Shown here one piece after another: positions 22,448 to 31,842 of a DNA stretch of 64,000 nucleotides (the stretch's first letter is position 1; each line of letters begins with the position of its first letter). The stretch comes from Escherichia coli. Lineage in GTDB: Bacteria > Pseudomonadota > Gammaproteobacteria > Enterobacterales > Enterobacteriaceae. The notes beneath the pieces are model-generated. The model was given only the letters and a program-made list of their open reading frames with translations, was not told where the DNA came from and did no database searches. The translations under genes were made by a program, and so were the position numbers. The stretch lies in assembly GCF_048403405.1 (NCBI RefSeq), contig NZ_CP183129.1. The stretch is one strand, 5' to 3'.

Positions 22448-23011
22448 ATGATGTCATCTCGTTTGATTATTGCGCTGATTATCATGCTCTTAGCCCCGGG
22501 TGTGCAGGCGCACAATTTCGTCACTGGTAAAACGGTTACCCCTGTTTATATCCAGGAAGGCGGCGAGCTGCTTCTGAATAGCGACGACGAAATTCACTAC
22601 CAAAAGTGGAACAGCACACAGCTGGCGGGAAAAGTCCGCATTATTCAGTATATCGCCGGGCGTAAGTCGGCGAAGAAAAAGAACTCACTGTTAATTAAAG
22701 CGGTTGAAGCGGCAAACTTTCCGCAGGATCGTTTTCAGCCTACCACCATTGTGAACACTGATGATGCCATCTTTGGTACCGGCTATTTTGTCGTTGGCAA
22801 AATCGAAAAAAATAAACGCCGCTATCCATGGGCGCAATTCGTTATTGACGGCAATGGACAGGGACGCGTTGCCTGGCACTTGCAGGAGCAGAGTTCAACC
22901 ATTCTGGTGCTGAATAAAACCGGGCAAATTCAGTGGGCAAAGGACGGCAGCCTGACGCCGGAAGAGGTAGATCATGTCATTGCGCTGGCGCAGAAGCTGA
23001 TCAATGAATAA
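22448..23011 (+). CDS. YtfJ-family periplasmic protein (paralog)
   Basis: 187-aa ORF with signal peptide MMSSRLIIALIIMLLAPGVQA; extensive similarity to E. coli YtfJ (e.g. TIVNTDDAI, LTPEEV...LAQKL). Confidence 0.8.
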   Translation: MMSSRLIIALIIMLLAPGVQAHNFVTGKTVTPVYIQEGGELLLNSDDEIHYQKWNSTQLAGKVRIIQYIAGRKSAKKKNSLLIKAVEAANFPQDRFQPTTIVNTDDAIFGTGYFVVGKIEKNKRRYPWAQFVIDGNGQGRVAWHLQEQSSTILVLNKTGQIQWAKDGSLTPEEVDHVIALAQKLINE

Positions 23012-23041
23012 AAAACTCAAAGGATTGAGGGCGTTAGTGAG

Positions 23042-24112
23042 ATGAAGCTGGTTGAACACTACATCATGCGTGGTACGCGCCGTCTGGTGCTGATTATCGT
23101 CGGTTTTCTGATCTTTATTTTCGCCAGCTACTCCGCACAGCGTTATCTGACCGAAGCGGCAAATGGGACATTAGCTCTTGATGTTGTGCTGGATATCGTT
23201 TTCTACAAAGTGCTGATTGCACTGGAGATGTTGTTACCTGTTGGACTGTATGTGTCAGTTGGCGTGACGCTAGGGCAGATGTATACCGATTCGGAAATCA
23301 CAGCTATCTCTGCGGCGGGGGGCAGTCCGGGACGCTTGTACAAAGCCGTTCTTTATCTGGCGATACCGCTAAGTATTTTTGTCACCCTTCTGTCGATGTA
23401 TGGTCGTCCGTGGGCTTATGCGCAGATTTATCAACTGGAGCAACAGTCACAGTCGGAGCTGGATGTTCGCCAGTTGCGGGCAAAGAAATTTAACACTAAC
23501 GATAACGGACGAATGATCCTTTCGCAGACGGTTGATCAGGATAATAATCGCCTGACTGACGCGCTGATTTATACTTCTACTGCCAATCGAACCCGCATTT
23601 TCCGCGCCCGTTCGGTTGATGTGGTTGACCCATCACCTGAGAAACCGACCGTTATGTTGCATAACGGGACCGCCTATCTTCTCGATCATCAGGGGCGTGA
23701 CGACAACGAACAGATCTACCGTAATCTGCAATTACATCTGAATCCGCTGGATCAAAGCCCTAACGTCAAACGCAAAGCAAAATCGGTCACGGAGCTGGCG
23801 CGCTCCGTCTTTCCAGCCGATCATGCCGAACTGCAATGGCGACAAAGCCGTGGCCTGACAGCATTGTTGATGGCGCTGCTGGCCATTTCATTAAGTCGGG
23901 TAAAACCGCGGCAAGGGCGATTTTCAACATTATTGCCACTGACGTTGCTGTTTATTGCCATTTTTTATGGCGGCGACGTCTGCCGTACGCTGGTGGCTAA
24001 CGGCGCGATTCCCCTCATTCCTGGTTTGTGGTTAGTACCCGGACTCATGCTAATGGGCCTGCTGATGCTGGTCGCACGCGACTTCTCTTTGCTGCAGAAA
24101 TTTTCCCGATGA
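23042..24112 (+). CDS. LptF/LptG (YjgP/YjgQ) family permease paralog, first of pair
   Basis: 356-aa ORF; N-terminal RY(L/I) motif, TM helices flanking a central periplasmic domain, LptF-like architecture. Confidence 0.8.
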   Translation: MKLVEHYIMRGTRRLVLIIVGFLIFIFASYSAQRYLTEAANGTLALDVVLDIVFYKVLIALEMLLPVGLYVSVGVTLGQMYTDSEITAISAAGGSPGRLYKAVLYLAIPLSIFVTLLSMYGRPWAYAQIYQLEQQSQSELDVRQLRAKKFNTNDNGRMILSQTVDQDNNRLTDALIYTSTANRTRIFRARSVDVVDPSPEKPTVMLHNGTAYLLDHQGRDDNEQIYRNLQLHLNPLDQSPNVKRKAKSVTELARSVFPADHAELQWRQSRGLTALLMALLAISLSRVKPRQGRFSTLLPLTLLFIAIFYGGDVCRTLVANGAIPLIPGLWLVPGLMLMGLLMLVARDFSLLQKFSR

Positions 24113-25188
24113 ATGTTTTCAGTCGCTATTTAATCCGTCATCTCTTTCTCGGTTTTGCCGCCGCCGCAGGGCTATTGCTGCCGCTTTTTACCACCTTCAA
24201 CCTGATTAACGAACTGGATGATGTCAGCCCGGGCGGTTATCGCTGGACTCAGGCGGTGCTGGTGGTGCTGATGACCTTACCGCGTACACTGGTCGAACTT
24301 TCGCCGTTTATCGCCTTATTGGGAGGGATTGTTGGCCTGGGGCAGTTATCGAAAAACAGTGAGCTTACCGCCATTCGCAGCACTGGGTTTTCTATCTTCC
24401 GTATTGCACTGGTGGCGCTGGTTGCCGGGATATTGTGGACTGTTTCGTTAGGCGCGATAGATGAGTGGGTGGCGTCGCCATTGCAGCAACAGGCGCTGCA
24501 AATCAAATCGACTGCCACCGCGTTGGGGGAGGACGATGACATTACCGGCAATATGCTTTGGGCCAGGCGCGGTAATGAATTTGTGACGGTGAAATCGCTG
24601 AACGAGCAGGGCCAGCCTGTGGGCGTGGAGATATTTCATTATCGCGACGATCTCTCGCTCGAATCCTACATTTTTGCACGCAGTGCCTCCATTGAAGACG
24701 ACAAAACGTGGATCCTGCATGGTGTGAATCATAAAAAATGGTTGAATGGCAAAGAAACGCTGGAAACATCAGATAATCTTGCCTGGCAATCGGCCTTCAC
24801 CAGTATGAATCTTGAAGAGTTATCGATGCCGGGAAATACTTTTTCTGTCCGTCAACTTAATCATTACATCCATTATTTGCAGGAAACCGGGCAACCCAGC
24901 AGCGAATACCGCCTTGCACTGTGGGAAAAACTGGGACAACCCATCCTGACCCTGGCGATGATTTTGCTGGCTGTGCCGTTTACCTTTAGTGCCCCGCGTT
25001 CGCCTGGGATGGGTAGCCGTCTCGCTGTAGGCGTCATCGTGGGCTTACTCACCTGGATCAGCTATCAAATCATGGTCAATCTGGGGTTGCTATTTGCGTT
25101 GAGCGCACCTGTTACCGCGCTCGGTTTACCGGTAGCGTTTGTGATGATGGCGTTGAGCCTGGTGTATTGGTATGACAGACAACATTAA
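24109..25188 (+). CDS. LptF/LptG (YjgP/YjgQ) family permease paralog, second of pair
   Basis: ORF track 24028..25188; likely start ATG 24109 overlapping upstream stop (ATGA); MNVFSRYLIRHLFLGF... LptG-like. Confidence 0.8.
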   Translation: MNVFSRYLIRHLFLGFAAAAGLLLPLFTTFNLINELDDVSPGGYRWTQAVLVVLMTLPRTLVELSPFIALLGGIVGLGQLSKNSELTAIRSTGFSIFRIALVALVAGILWTVSLGAIDEWVASPLQQQALQIKSTATALGEDDDITGNMLWARRGNEFVTVKSLNEQGQPVGVEIFHYRDDLSLESYIFARSASIEDDKTWILHGVNHKKWLNGKETLETSDNLAWQSAFTSMNLEELSMPGNTFSVRQLNHYIHYLQETGQPSSEYRLALWEKLGQPILTLAMILLAVPFTFSAPRSPGMGSRLAVGVIVGLLTWISYQIMVNLGLLFALSAPVTALGLPVAFVMMALSLVYWYDRQH

Positions 25189-25189
25189 A

Positions 25190-25216
25190 CCCGCCGTGGC
25201 GCAGCGCCACAGCGGG
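25190..25216. terminator. hairpin in the 34-bp gap between convergent operons
   Basis: cccgccgtggcgc / gcgccacagcggg imperfect inverted repeat directly after the permease stop codon. Confidence 0.5.
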
Positions 25217-25222
25217 CTCACA

Positions 25223-26395
25223 TTACTGCTTCAGAGTAGCAAATGCCTGAATGATGGCATCGATTTGCTCACGACTGTGGGCAGCGTTTACGCTACAGCG
25301 CAGCAGCGTGATGCCTGCAGGCGCGGCAGGTGGCAGGATAAGATTCACATAAACGCCCAGCGAAATAAGCTCGCGCCAGATGCGTAAACCTTCCTCTTTC
25401 GAACCGATTATTACTGGCACTACCGGGCTAATATGTGAACTTAACTCATAACCCAGTTTTTGCAGACCGTCATACAGATGGTTGGCATTATCCATCAGCT
25501 TTTGCCGCAACTCTGGTTGTGTAGCAATGGTTCTTAACGACGAGCGCACGGTCGCAATGCAGGACGGAGAAGGAGAGGCGGTAAAAATATACGGGCGGCT
25601 GCCGTAGCGCAGCACTTCCATCGCTTCCGAACCGACAGCAAAACCGCCAATCGAGGCCAGACTTTTACTGAAAGTACCAACGATAATATCCACATCATCT
25701 TCAACGCCAACGGCTTCAGCCAGTCCGCGCCCCGTTGCGCCTAACACGCCAAACGAATGCGCTTCATCGACAATCAAATAACCACCGAGACGACGTTTGA
25801 TATCAACAATTTCCGCCAGCGGCGCAACGTCACCGAGCATACTGTAGATGCCTTCAACGATGATAATCGCCTCTTTTGCCCGTTCACCGAGGCGAACCAT
25901 GCGCCGTTCCAGATCTTTAGCATCGTTATGGCGGAAACGAATAATTTCCGCGCCACCGAGAGAACAGGCGTCATAAATACTGGCGTGGCTGTCGGCATCC
26001 AGTAACACCACGGCGTTATGGTCGGCAAGTGCGCTGATGACGCCTAAATTAGCGGTATAACCGGTTGAAAAAACGATAGCGGTAGGGCGATTAAAAAACT
26101 CGGCGATCTCTTTCTCTAACGCCAGATGCGGCGCATAACTGCCGTTTGCCATACGAGAACCGGTGGTGCCGGTGCCTTGGGCCGCTAACGCTGCCTGACC
26201 TTCGGCGATGGCATCATGATTGAAGGTTAATCCGAGATAATTATTGGTCCCGGCCAGAATCACTTTTTTATTGCCGATCCGGCCTTCGGTGGCGGAATAC
26301 ACTCCATCAATACAGGTACCAAACGGCGTTAACCCGTTGTCACTAAATTGCAGTCGCTCGCCAGCAAGACGCGCATATTTATCGTATAGCCCCAT
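25223..26395 (-). CDS. PLP-dependent alpha-oxoamine synthase, serine palmitoyltransferase-like
   Basis: 390-aa ORF; PLP-lysine motif VGTFSKSLASIGG; family also contains BioF/KBL/ALAS, so the SPT assignment is from gene context. Confidence 0.8.
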   Translation of the reverse strand: MGLYDKYARLAGERLQFSDNGLTPFGTCIDGVYSATEGRIGNKKVILAGTNNYLGLTFNHDAIAEGQAALAAQGTGTTGSRMANGSYAPHLALEKEIAEFFNRPTAIVFSTGYTANLGVISALADHNAVVLLDADSHASIYDACSLGGAEIIRFRHNDAKDLERRMVRLGERAKEAIIIVEGIYSMLGDVAPLAEIVDIKRRLGGYLIVDEAHSFGVLGATGRGLAEAVGVEDDVDIIVGTFSKSLASIGGFAVGSEAMEVLRYGSRPYIFTASPSPSCIATVRSSLRTIATQPELRQKLMDNANHLYDGLQKLGYELSSHISPVVPVIIGSKEEGLRIWRELISLGVYVNLILPPAAPAGITLLRCSVNAAHSREQIDAIIQAFATLKQ

Positions 26396-26643
26396 TATTT
26401 ATTCTCCAGCCATGGAAGTAGTGTTTCCATTAATTGCGCAGGGGTTTTGACATCCAGCAGAATATTAATAGGAATGGAAATATCGAATCTGTCTTCCAGC
26501 ATCATTAAGAGATCCATCACTTTGATCGACTCCAGGCCAAGATCGTTGACGAGATCGCTGTCGGGCTTAATTTCCACACCGTTTTCGACCAAATCCTGTA
26601 AACAGGAAAGGATGTAATCCATTACTATTTCACGATTTACCAT
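26395..26643 (-). CDS. dedicated acyl carrier protein
   Basis: 82-aa acidic ORF with phosphopantetheine-attachment motif DLGLESI; stop overlaps start of the downstream synthase. Confidence 0.8.
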   Translation of the reverse strand: MVNREIVMDYILSCLQDLVENGVEIKPDSDLVNDLGLESIKVMDLLMMLEDRFDISIPINILLDVKTPAQLMETLLPWLENK

Positions 26644-26674
26644 AGAAACGTTAACACACCTTTAAACAAGACAA

Positions 26675-27589
26675 TCAAAATAGCCCGTTGCGTAATGCGT
26701 GTTCCAGGCTAATCCCGGGAAACCAATTAATATCTTCAGAAATACGGTTATTACTTGCTGACCAGTCGGCGTGGGTTAATTCACGGATTTTCGAGCGGGT
26801 CAGCATAGGTTCTTTACCCGCCAGACGGCTCAACGCGGTACTGATATCCGCAAGGCAGGTGAGTACCGACAGAGGAATACCAACCATTCGAACGGAACCA
26901 CAACGGGCGTCGGCGGCAAGCTGTCTTACGCGTTGCCAGTCATAGCCGCCGGCGACGCCATCGCATAATTCATAGGTTTGCGTCTGTACAGTTTCGGCGC
27001 TTAACCACTGCCCCACGGCTTGCGCGAAATCGGTGACGTGCAGGAAAGAGAGCTGTGTATCTGGCGCACCAAGTCGTGGCAGCAGGCCGCGCAGCATCCA
27101 GTCAAACAGCGGTTTTAACTCTTTATCGCCGGGACCATACACGGCTGTCGGGCGAAAAATGCCCAGCGTAATTTCGTCAGCCATTGCGGTCAGTCGTTGT
27201 TCGGCGACGTGTTTGGAATTTGCGTACCAGGAGAGTTCGGGATGGCGCGCCGCCAGCGAAGAGATAAACAGAAAACGTTGGCAAAAGCCGCTCTCTTTTG
27301 CCGCTTGCATCAGTCGCAGGCTGCCGTCAACGTTACAGCGGGTAAAAATCTCTTCTTTGTGCCCGCGCACTTGCCCGGCGCAATGGACCACCGCGCTGGC
27401 TCCGGCAACCAGTTCGCTAAGTGAATGAGTATCTTCCAGAGAACCGCGCACCCAGGTGAGATTATCATTGACGTGAGCGCGGGCAGTACGCGTCAATGCG
27501 CGAACGTGAAAGCCGCGGGCGAGCAGGTTATCGATAATATATTTACCGATAAACCCGGTAGCGCCCGTCACCGCGACAGTTTGATTCAT
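26675..27589 (-). CDS. NAD(P)-binding epimerase/dehydratase-fold reductase (CerR-like)
   Basis: 304-aa ORF; N-terminal Rossmann motif VAVTGATGFIGKYI. Confidence 0.8.
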   Translation of the reverse strand: MNQTVAVTGATGFIGKYIIDNLLARGFHVRALTRTARAHVNDNLTWVRGSLEDTHSLSELVAGASAVVHCAGQVRGHKEEIFTRCNVDGSLRLMQAAKESGFCQRFLFISSLAARHPELSWYANSKHVAEQRLTAMADEITLGIFRPTAVYGPGDKELKPLFDWMLRGLLPRLGAPDTQLSFLHVTDFAQAVGQWLSAETVQTQTYELCDGVAGGYDWQRVRQLAADARCGSVRMVGIPLSVLTCLADISTALSRLAGKEPMLTRSKIRELTHADWSASNNRISEDINWFPGISLEHALRNGLF

Positions 27590-29334
27590 GCCAGGGATTC
27601 CTGCACATGAAGGCTTGCAGCATAAGCCTTCTGATAACGTTTTTTCGCTTCCGCACGGGCAGGCTTGCCGGAGGACGTTCGGGGAATACTGTGGGGCGGC
27701 AACAGATCGATAGCCGCGGTCACGCCAAATTCGCTTTGGATCCGTGCTGCCAGCGCGTGGATAAGCTGCCCGCGACGTTCTTCATCGCTGATCCGACACT
27801 GGATCTGCAAAATGATTTTTTCCTGGGCGGTAACAAAAGCAATCGCATCGCCAGAATGAATTTCCGGTTCCTGTTCCGCAATATATTCAATATCCTGCGG
27901 CCAGATATTACGGCCACGAATAATAATCAGATCTTTAATGCGTCCGGTGACATACAGATAACCGTCCAGCAGATAACCGAGGTCGCCGGTGTCTAACCAG
28001 CCCGTCGCGGCAATCTCGTCTTGCGAAACCTGGTCGCCAAAGTAACCGCTCATCAGGCTGGGGCCGGAGATGCAAATATGGCCTACCACACGTTCCGCGA
28101 CAGGTATACCTGCTTCATTGCGGATTTCAATGCCATGTTCCGGCAACGCTTTACCGCAGTTGACGAAAGTCGATACGGCGCGTGTTTCAGCATCCGGCGC
28201 GACGGCTTTGCCCTGATATTCGAGGATGTCGCGATCCACTTCGTTAACCACAACCCCGGAAGCTTCATCAGAGAAGCTGACAGCCAGCGCATTTTCTGCC
28301 AGTCCGTAGCACGGCATGAAAGTTTTATCGTCAAAGTTGACCTGACGGAAACATTCAGCGAATTGATGGAGTTGTTCTGCGGAGATGGGTTCTGCACCAA
28401 TACCAGCGACGCGCCAGCAGGAAAGATCCAGTTCAGCGAGATCTTTTTCATTCACGCGGCGCTGGCACAATTCATAGCCAAACGGCGGCGCAACGGAAAC
28501 GGTGCCGCGATTTTTACTGATCAATTTAAGCCATTGCAGAGGACGCATGGCAAAATCCTGAGTGCGCAAATAATCTACTGAAAGCTGCGTGGCGACGGGG
28601 GTCAGGAGAAAGCCGACCAGTCCCATATCATGGTAGAAAGGCAGCCAGGAGACGCAGCGGTCGCCAGGGCGTAATTTAATGCCATCGTGGCTTATAGCAC
28701 GTAGATTAGCCATCACTTCGCGATGGGTGATAATGACGCCACGGGGAAAACGGGTGCTGCCGGAGGTGTACTGGAGGTAGGCGATATCGTTCGGAACTGG
28801 ACGCTGGAGCGCAACATCGGCTTCCGGTAATGCCTTAAACCAGGCGTGGCTTAAAACATGTAATTCGGGGTTGTTATGCGTAGCGGCATTGACCAGTGGC
28901 AACCACTCATCACCAGTGATAATGGCTGCGGGCTGGCAACTTGCCAGTAAACCCTGCAGTTTGGCGCTCCAGGAATCCCGCTGACCGACGCCCATTGGAA
29001 TCGCCAACGGGACGGCGACTAAGCCGGCATACTGGCAGGAAAAAAAAGCCTCTACGAACCCGCTACTGGTTTCGGCAATCAGCGCCACGCGATCGCCTTT
29101 TTTCAGGTTCAGCGATAACAACCGCTTCGCACCAGCTTCGGCACGCGCTTTTAACGTCTGATATTCCAGTTGATCTTCAAGTTGGCAACGTCTGTCATAA
29201 AAATTCATTCCGGCGCTACTCAGAGCGGCGTAGTCCAAAGCATCAACCAGCGTTGGAAAATCGGCATAGCGCATAGGTAGGGAATGCGTAAAGATTTTAT
29301 TAGACATATACACCACGAAAAAATTGGATATCAA
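27586..29334 (-). CDS. AMP-dependent synthetase/ligase (fatty acyl-AMP / acyl-ACP ligase-like)
   Basis: 582-aa ORF; adenylation motif YTSGSTRFPRGV; the true start may be the internal ATG at complement of 29305-29307 (MSNKIF). Confidence 0.8.
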   Translation of the reverse strand: MISNFFVVYMSNKIFTHSLPMRYADFPTLVDALDYAALSSAGMNFYDRRCQLEDQLEYQTLKARAEAGAKRLLSLNLKKGDRVALIAETSSGFVEAFFSCQYAGLVAVPLAIPMGVGQRDSWSAKLQGLLASCQPAAIITGDEWLPLVNAATHNNPELHVLSHAWFKALPEADVALQRPVPNDIAYLQYTSGSTRFPRGVIITHREVMANLRAISHDGIKLRPGDRCVSWLPFYHDMGLVGFLLTPVATQLSVDYLRTQDFAMRPLQWLKLISKNRGTVSVAPPFGYELCQRRVNEKDLAELDLSCWRVAGIGAEPISAEQLHQFAECFRQVNFDDKTFMPCYGLAENALAVSFSDEASGVVVNEVDRDILEYQGKAVAPDAETRAVSTFVNCGKALPEHGIEIRNEAGIPVAERVVGHICISGPSLMSGYFGDQVSQDEIAATGWLDTGDLGYLLDGYLYVTGRIKDLIIIRGRNIWPQDIEYIAEQEPEIHSGDAIAFVTAQEKIILQIQCRISDEERRGQLIHALAARIQSEFGVTAAIDLLPPHSIPRTSSGKPARAEAKKRYQKAYAASLHVQESLA

Positions 29335-29678
29335 AAATAAAATGACAATAATGCGGTGGATTATATAGGCATAAAAGATAAATGAGATAGTATTTTCATC
29401 AGTGTGAAAATGAACATTGATTTAAATAATGAGTTTGAGTTTTTTTGTTTTTATTGTGAATGATATTTAATTTATGAATGTATTAAGAAGAAGCCTTGTC
29501 CGGTCGCCTTAAATCGACAAAAGGCATTGTGGCGCTTCTGTGTAGTCTCTGACCTTATCGTAATCATTAATAAATGCTATTTATTCGTCGTTTGTATTCA
29601 TTGGGTTGATTATTAAGGTGCCGTTCGTTGCTGTTGCAACCTGTTTGTCACCGTTAATTATTTGTTACCCACAGAACT

Positions 29679-30821
29679 ATGGAATGCGATCTGCTGATGA
29701 TTAAAATTGAAAAAGTAATTAATAAAAATGACCTTAAGGCATTTATCGCTTTTCCGTCATCACTTTATCCCGACGATCCAAACTGGATACCCCCTTTATT
29801 CATTGAACGCAACGAGCATTTGTCTGCGAAAAATCCGGGGACGGACCATATCATCTGGCAGGCGTGGGTGGCAAAAAAAGCCGGGCAGATAGTTGGGCGA
29901 ATTACCGCGCAAATCGATACCTTGCACCGTGAGCGTTACGGTGAAGATACCGGTCATTTCGGCATGATTGACGCCATTGATGATCCGCAGGTTTTTGCCG
30001 CGTTGTTTGGCGCAGCGGAAGCGTGGTTGAAGTCACAAGGAGCAAGTAAGATCAGCGGGCCTTTCAGCCTGAATATCAATCAGGAAAGCGGATTACTGAT
30101 TGAAGGTTTCGATACACCACCCTGTGCGATGATGCCGCACGGTAAACCGTGGTATGCCGCGCATATTGAACAATTGGGTTATCACAAAGGCATTGATTTA
30201 CTGGCGTGGTGGATGCAGCGAACCGATCTTACTTTCTCTCCGGCGCTAAAAAAACTGATGGATCAGGTGCGCAAAAAGGTGACCATTCGCTGCATCAATC
30301 GCCAGCGGTTTGCCGAAGAGATGCTGATCCTGCGTGAGATTTTCAACTCTGGCTGGCAGCATAACTGGGGATTTGTGCCGCTTACCGAACATGAGTTCGC
30401 GACTATGGGCGATCAGCTTAAGTACCTGGTGCCGGACGATATGATCTACATCGCCGAGATTGATTCTGCACCCTGTGCGTTTATTGTCGGCTTACCGAAC
30501 ATCAACGAGGCGATTGCCGATCTGAACGGATCGCTCTTTCCCTTCGGCTGGGCAAAATTGCTGTGGCGTTTAAAAGTCAGCGGTGTGCGAACTGCGCGAG
30601 TACCGCTGATGGGCGTGCGGGACGAGTATCAGTTCAGCCGCATCGGCCCGGTGATTGCGTTGTTATTGATTGAAGCCTTACGCGATCCGTTTGCCCGCCG
30701 GAAGATCGATGCGCTGGAGATGTCATGGATCCTCGAAACCAATACAGGCATGAATAACATGCTGGAACGCATTGGGGCGGAGCCGTACAAGCGTTACCGA
30801 TTGTATGAAAAGCAGATTTGA
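29679..30821 (+). CDS. yghO: YghO, putative GNAT-fold N-acyltransferase, apparently intact
   Basis: 380-aa uninterrupted ORF divergent from the ligase operon; assignment as yghO is by position next to glcC and recollection of the K-12 map. Confidence 0.7.
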   Translation: MECDLLMIKIEKVINKNDLKAFIAFPSSLYPDDPNWIPPLFIERNEHLSAKNPGTDHIIWQAWVAKKAGQIVGRITAQIDTLHRERYGEDTGHFGMIDAIDDPQVFAALFGAAEAWLKSQGASKISGPFSLNINQESGLLIEGFDTPPCAMMPHGKPWYAAHIEQLGYHKGIDLLAWWMQRTDLTFSPALKKLMDQVRKKVTIRCINRQRFAEEMLILREIFNSGWQHNWGFVPLTEHEFATMGDQLKYLVPDDMIYIAEIDSAPCAFIVGLPNINEAIADLNGSLFPFGWAKLLWRLKVSGVRTARVPLMGVRDEYQFSRIGPVIALLLIEALRDPFARRKIDALEMSWILETNTGMNNMLERIGAEPYKRYRLYEKQI

Positions 30822-30827
30822 TGGCAG

Positions 30828-31592
30828 TCACCCCTGCTTCATCTCCAGCGGCACCGCCGAGCGAATCAAATGGTGGCCTTCCAGCTCGATATCGTGGAGA
30901 TTCTTTTTCACGGTCCGCACATGATCGCGTGCTGCGCGCTGGGCGACGTGCGGCAGACGCTGCAACACCGCGTTGTAGATCCGTGCATGCTGGCGATCGA
31001 TCTGCTTTTTTTGCTGTGGTCGATGGTAGAGATTATTTACGCTGGCAAACACTGAATTAAACATCAGATCGGTCAATGATTGCAGCGTAAACACCAGCAC
31101 CTGATTGTGGGAAGCCTGACAAATGGCGAGATGGAAAGCGTGATCCAACTGCGCATGTTCGATCAGCGAAATCTCTTTGTTGTTCTCACTGGCGGCGAGC
31201 ATTTTTTCATAACAGCGGGTTATCACAACAAAATCAGCCTGCGTTCCCAGCGTTGCCGCCAGCCTTGCCGATTCGCCCTCCAGCAATGCGCGAACGTCGA
31301 GCAGATCATACAGCGTTCGCGGCTGCGTACTGAACAGATGGATCAGCGGGCTGGTGTCCTGCACCCGATTAAGCCGTGCGACACGAGAATCGCGACCCTG
31401 CGCCGTTTCAATAATCCCGCGCCCGCGCAGCACGGTCAGCCCTTCACGCAGTGCGGAGCGTGAGAAGCCGAGCTTTTCACACAGTCGACGTTCCGAGGGA
31501 AGCGGCTGACCGACCTTCAGTACGCCGTCGATAATTAACCGTTCGATACTCTCTGCAACCACTTCGCAAATAGGGCGACGTTCATCTTTCAT
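30828..31592 (-). CDS. glcC: GntR-family glycolate operon activator
   Basis: ORF track 30828..31652; protein MKDERRPICEVVAESIERLIIDGVLKVGQPLPSERRL... begins 20 codons in. Confidence 0.94.
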   Translation of the reverse strand: MKDERRPICEVVAESIERLIIDGVLKVGQPLPSERRLCEKLGFSRSALREGLTVLRGRGIIETAQGRDSRVARLNRVQDTSPLIHLFSTQPRTLYDLLDVRALLEGESARLAATLGTQADFVVITRCYEKMLAASENNKEISLIEHAQLDHAFHLAICQASHNQVLVFTLQSLTDLMFNSVFASVNNLYHRPQQKKQIDRQHARIYNAVLQRLPHVAQRAARDHVRTVKKNLHDIELEGHHLIRSAVPLEMKQG

Positions 31593-31842
31593 TCCCGGAC
31601 CTCGTGCACAGGTAGGACCAATTTTTCTGTTCTTAACTCGCAAAACACGCACATCACGTAAGTGATTACGTTACATCAATTTAACATTAAGTTAACCAAG
31701 GCAAGGTCACAGAGCTGGAAAAAAAATGGTCTGACCGGTAGCTAAAGAGATAGACGAAAACGAAAAGCCCGCTTAATAACTGTTCACAGAAGCAGCGCGC
31801 AAAAATCAGCTGCCACACAACACAACAAAGCGAAGCCTACTC

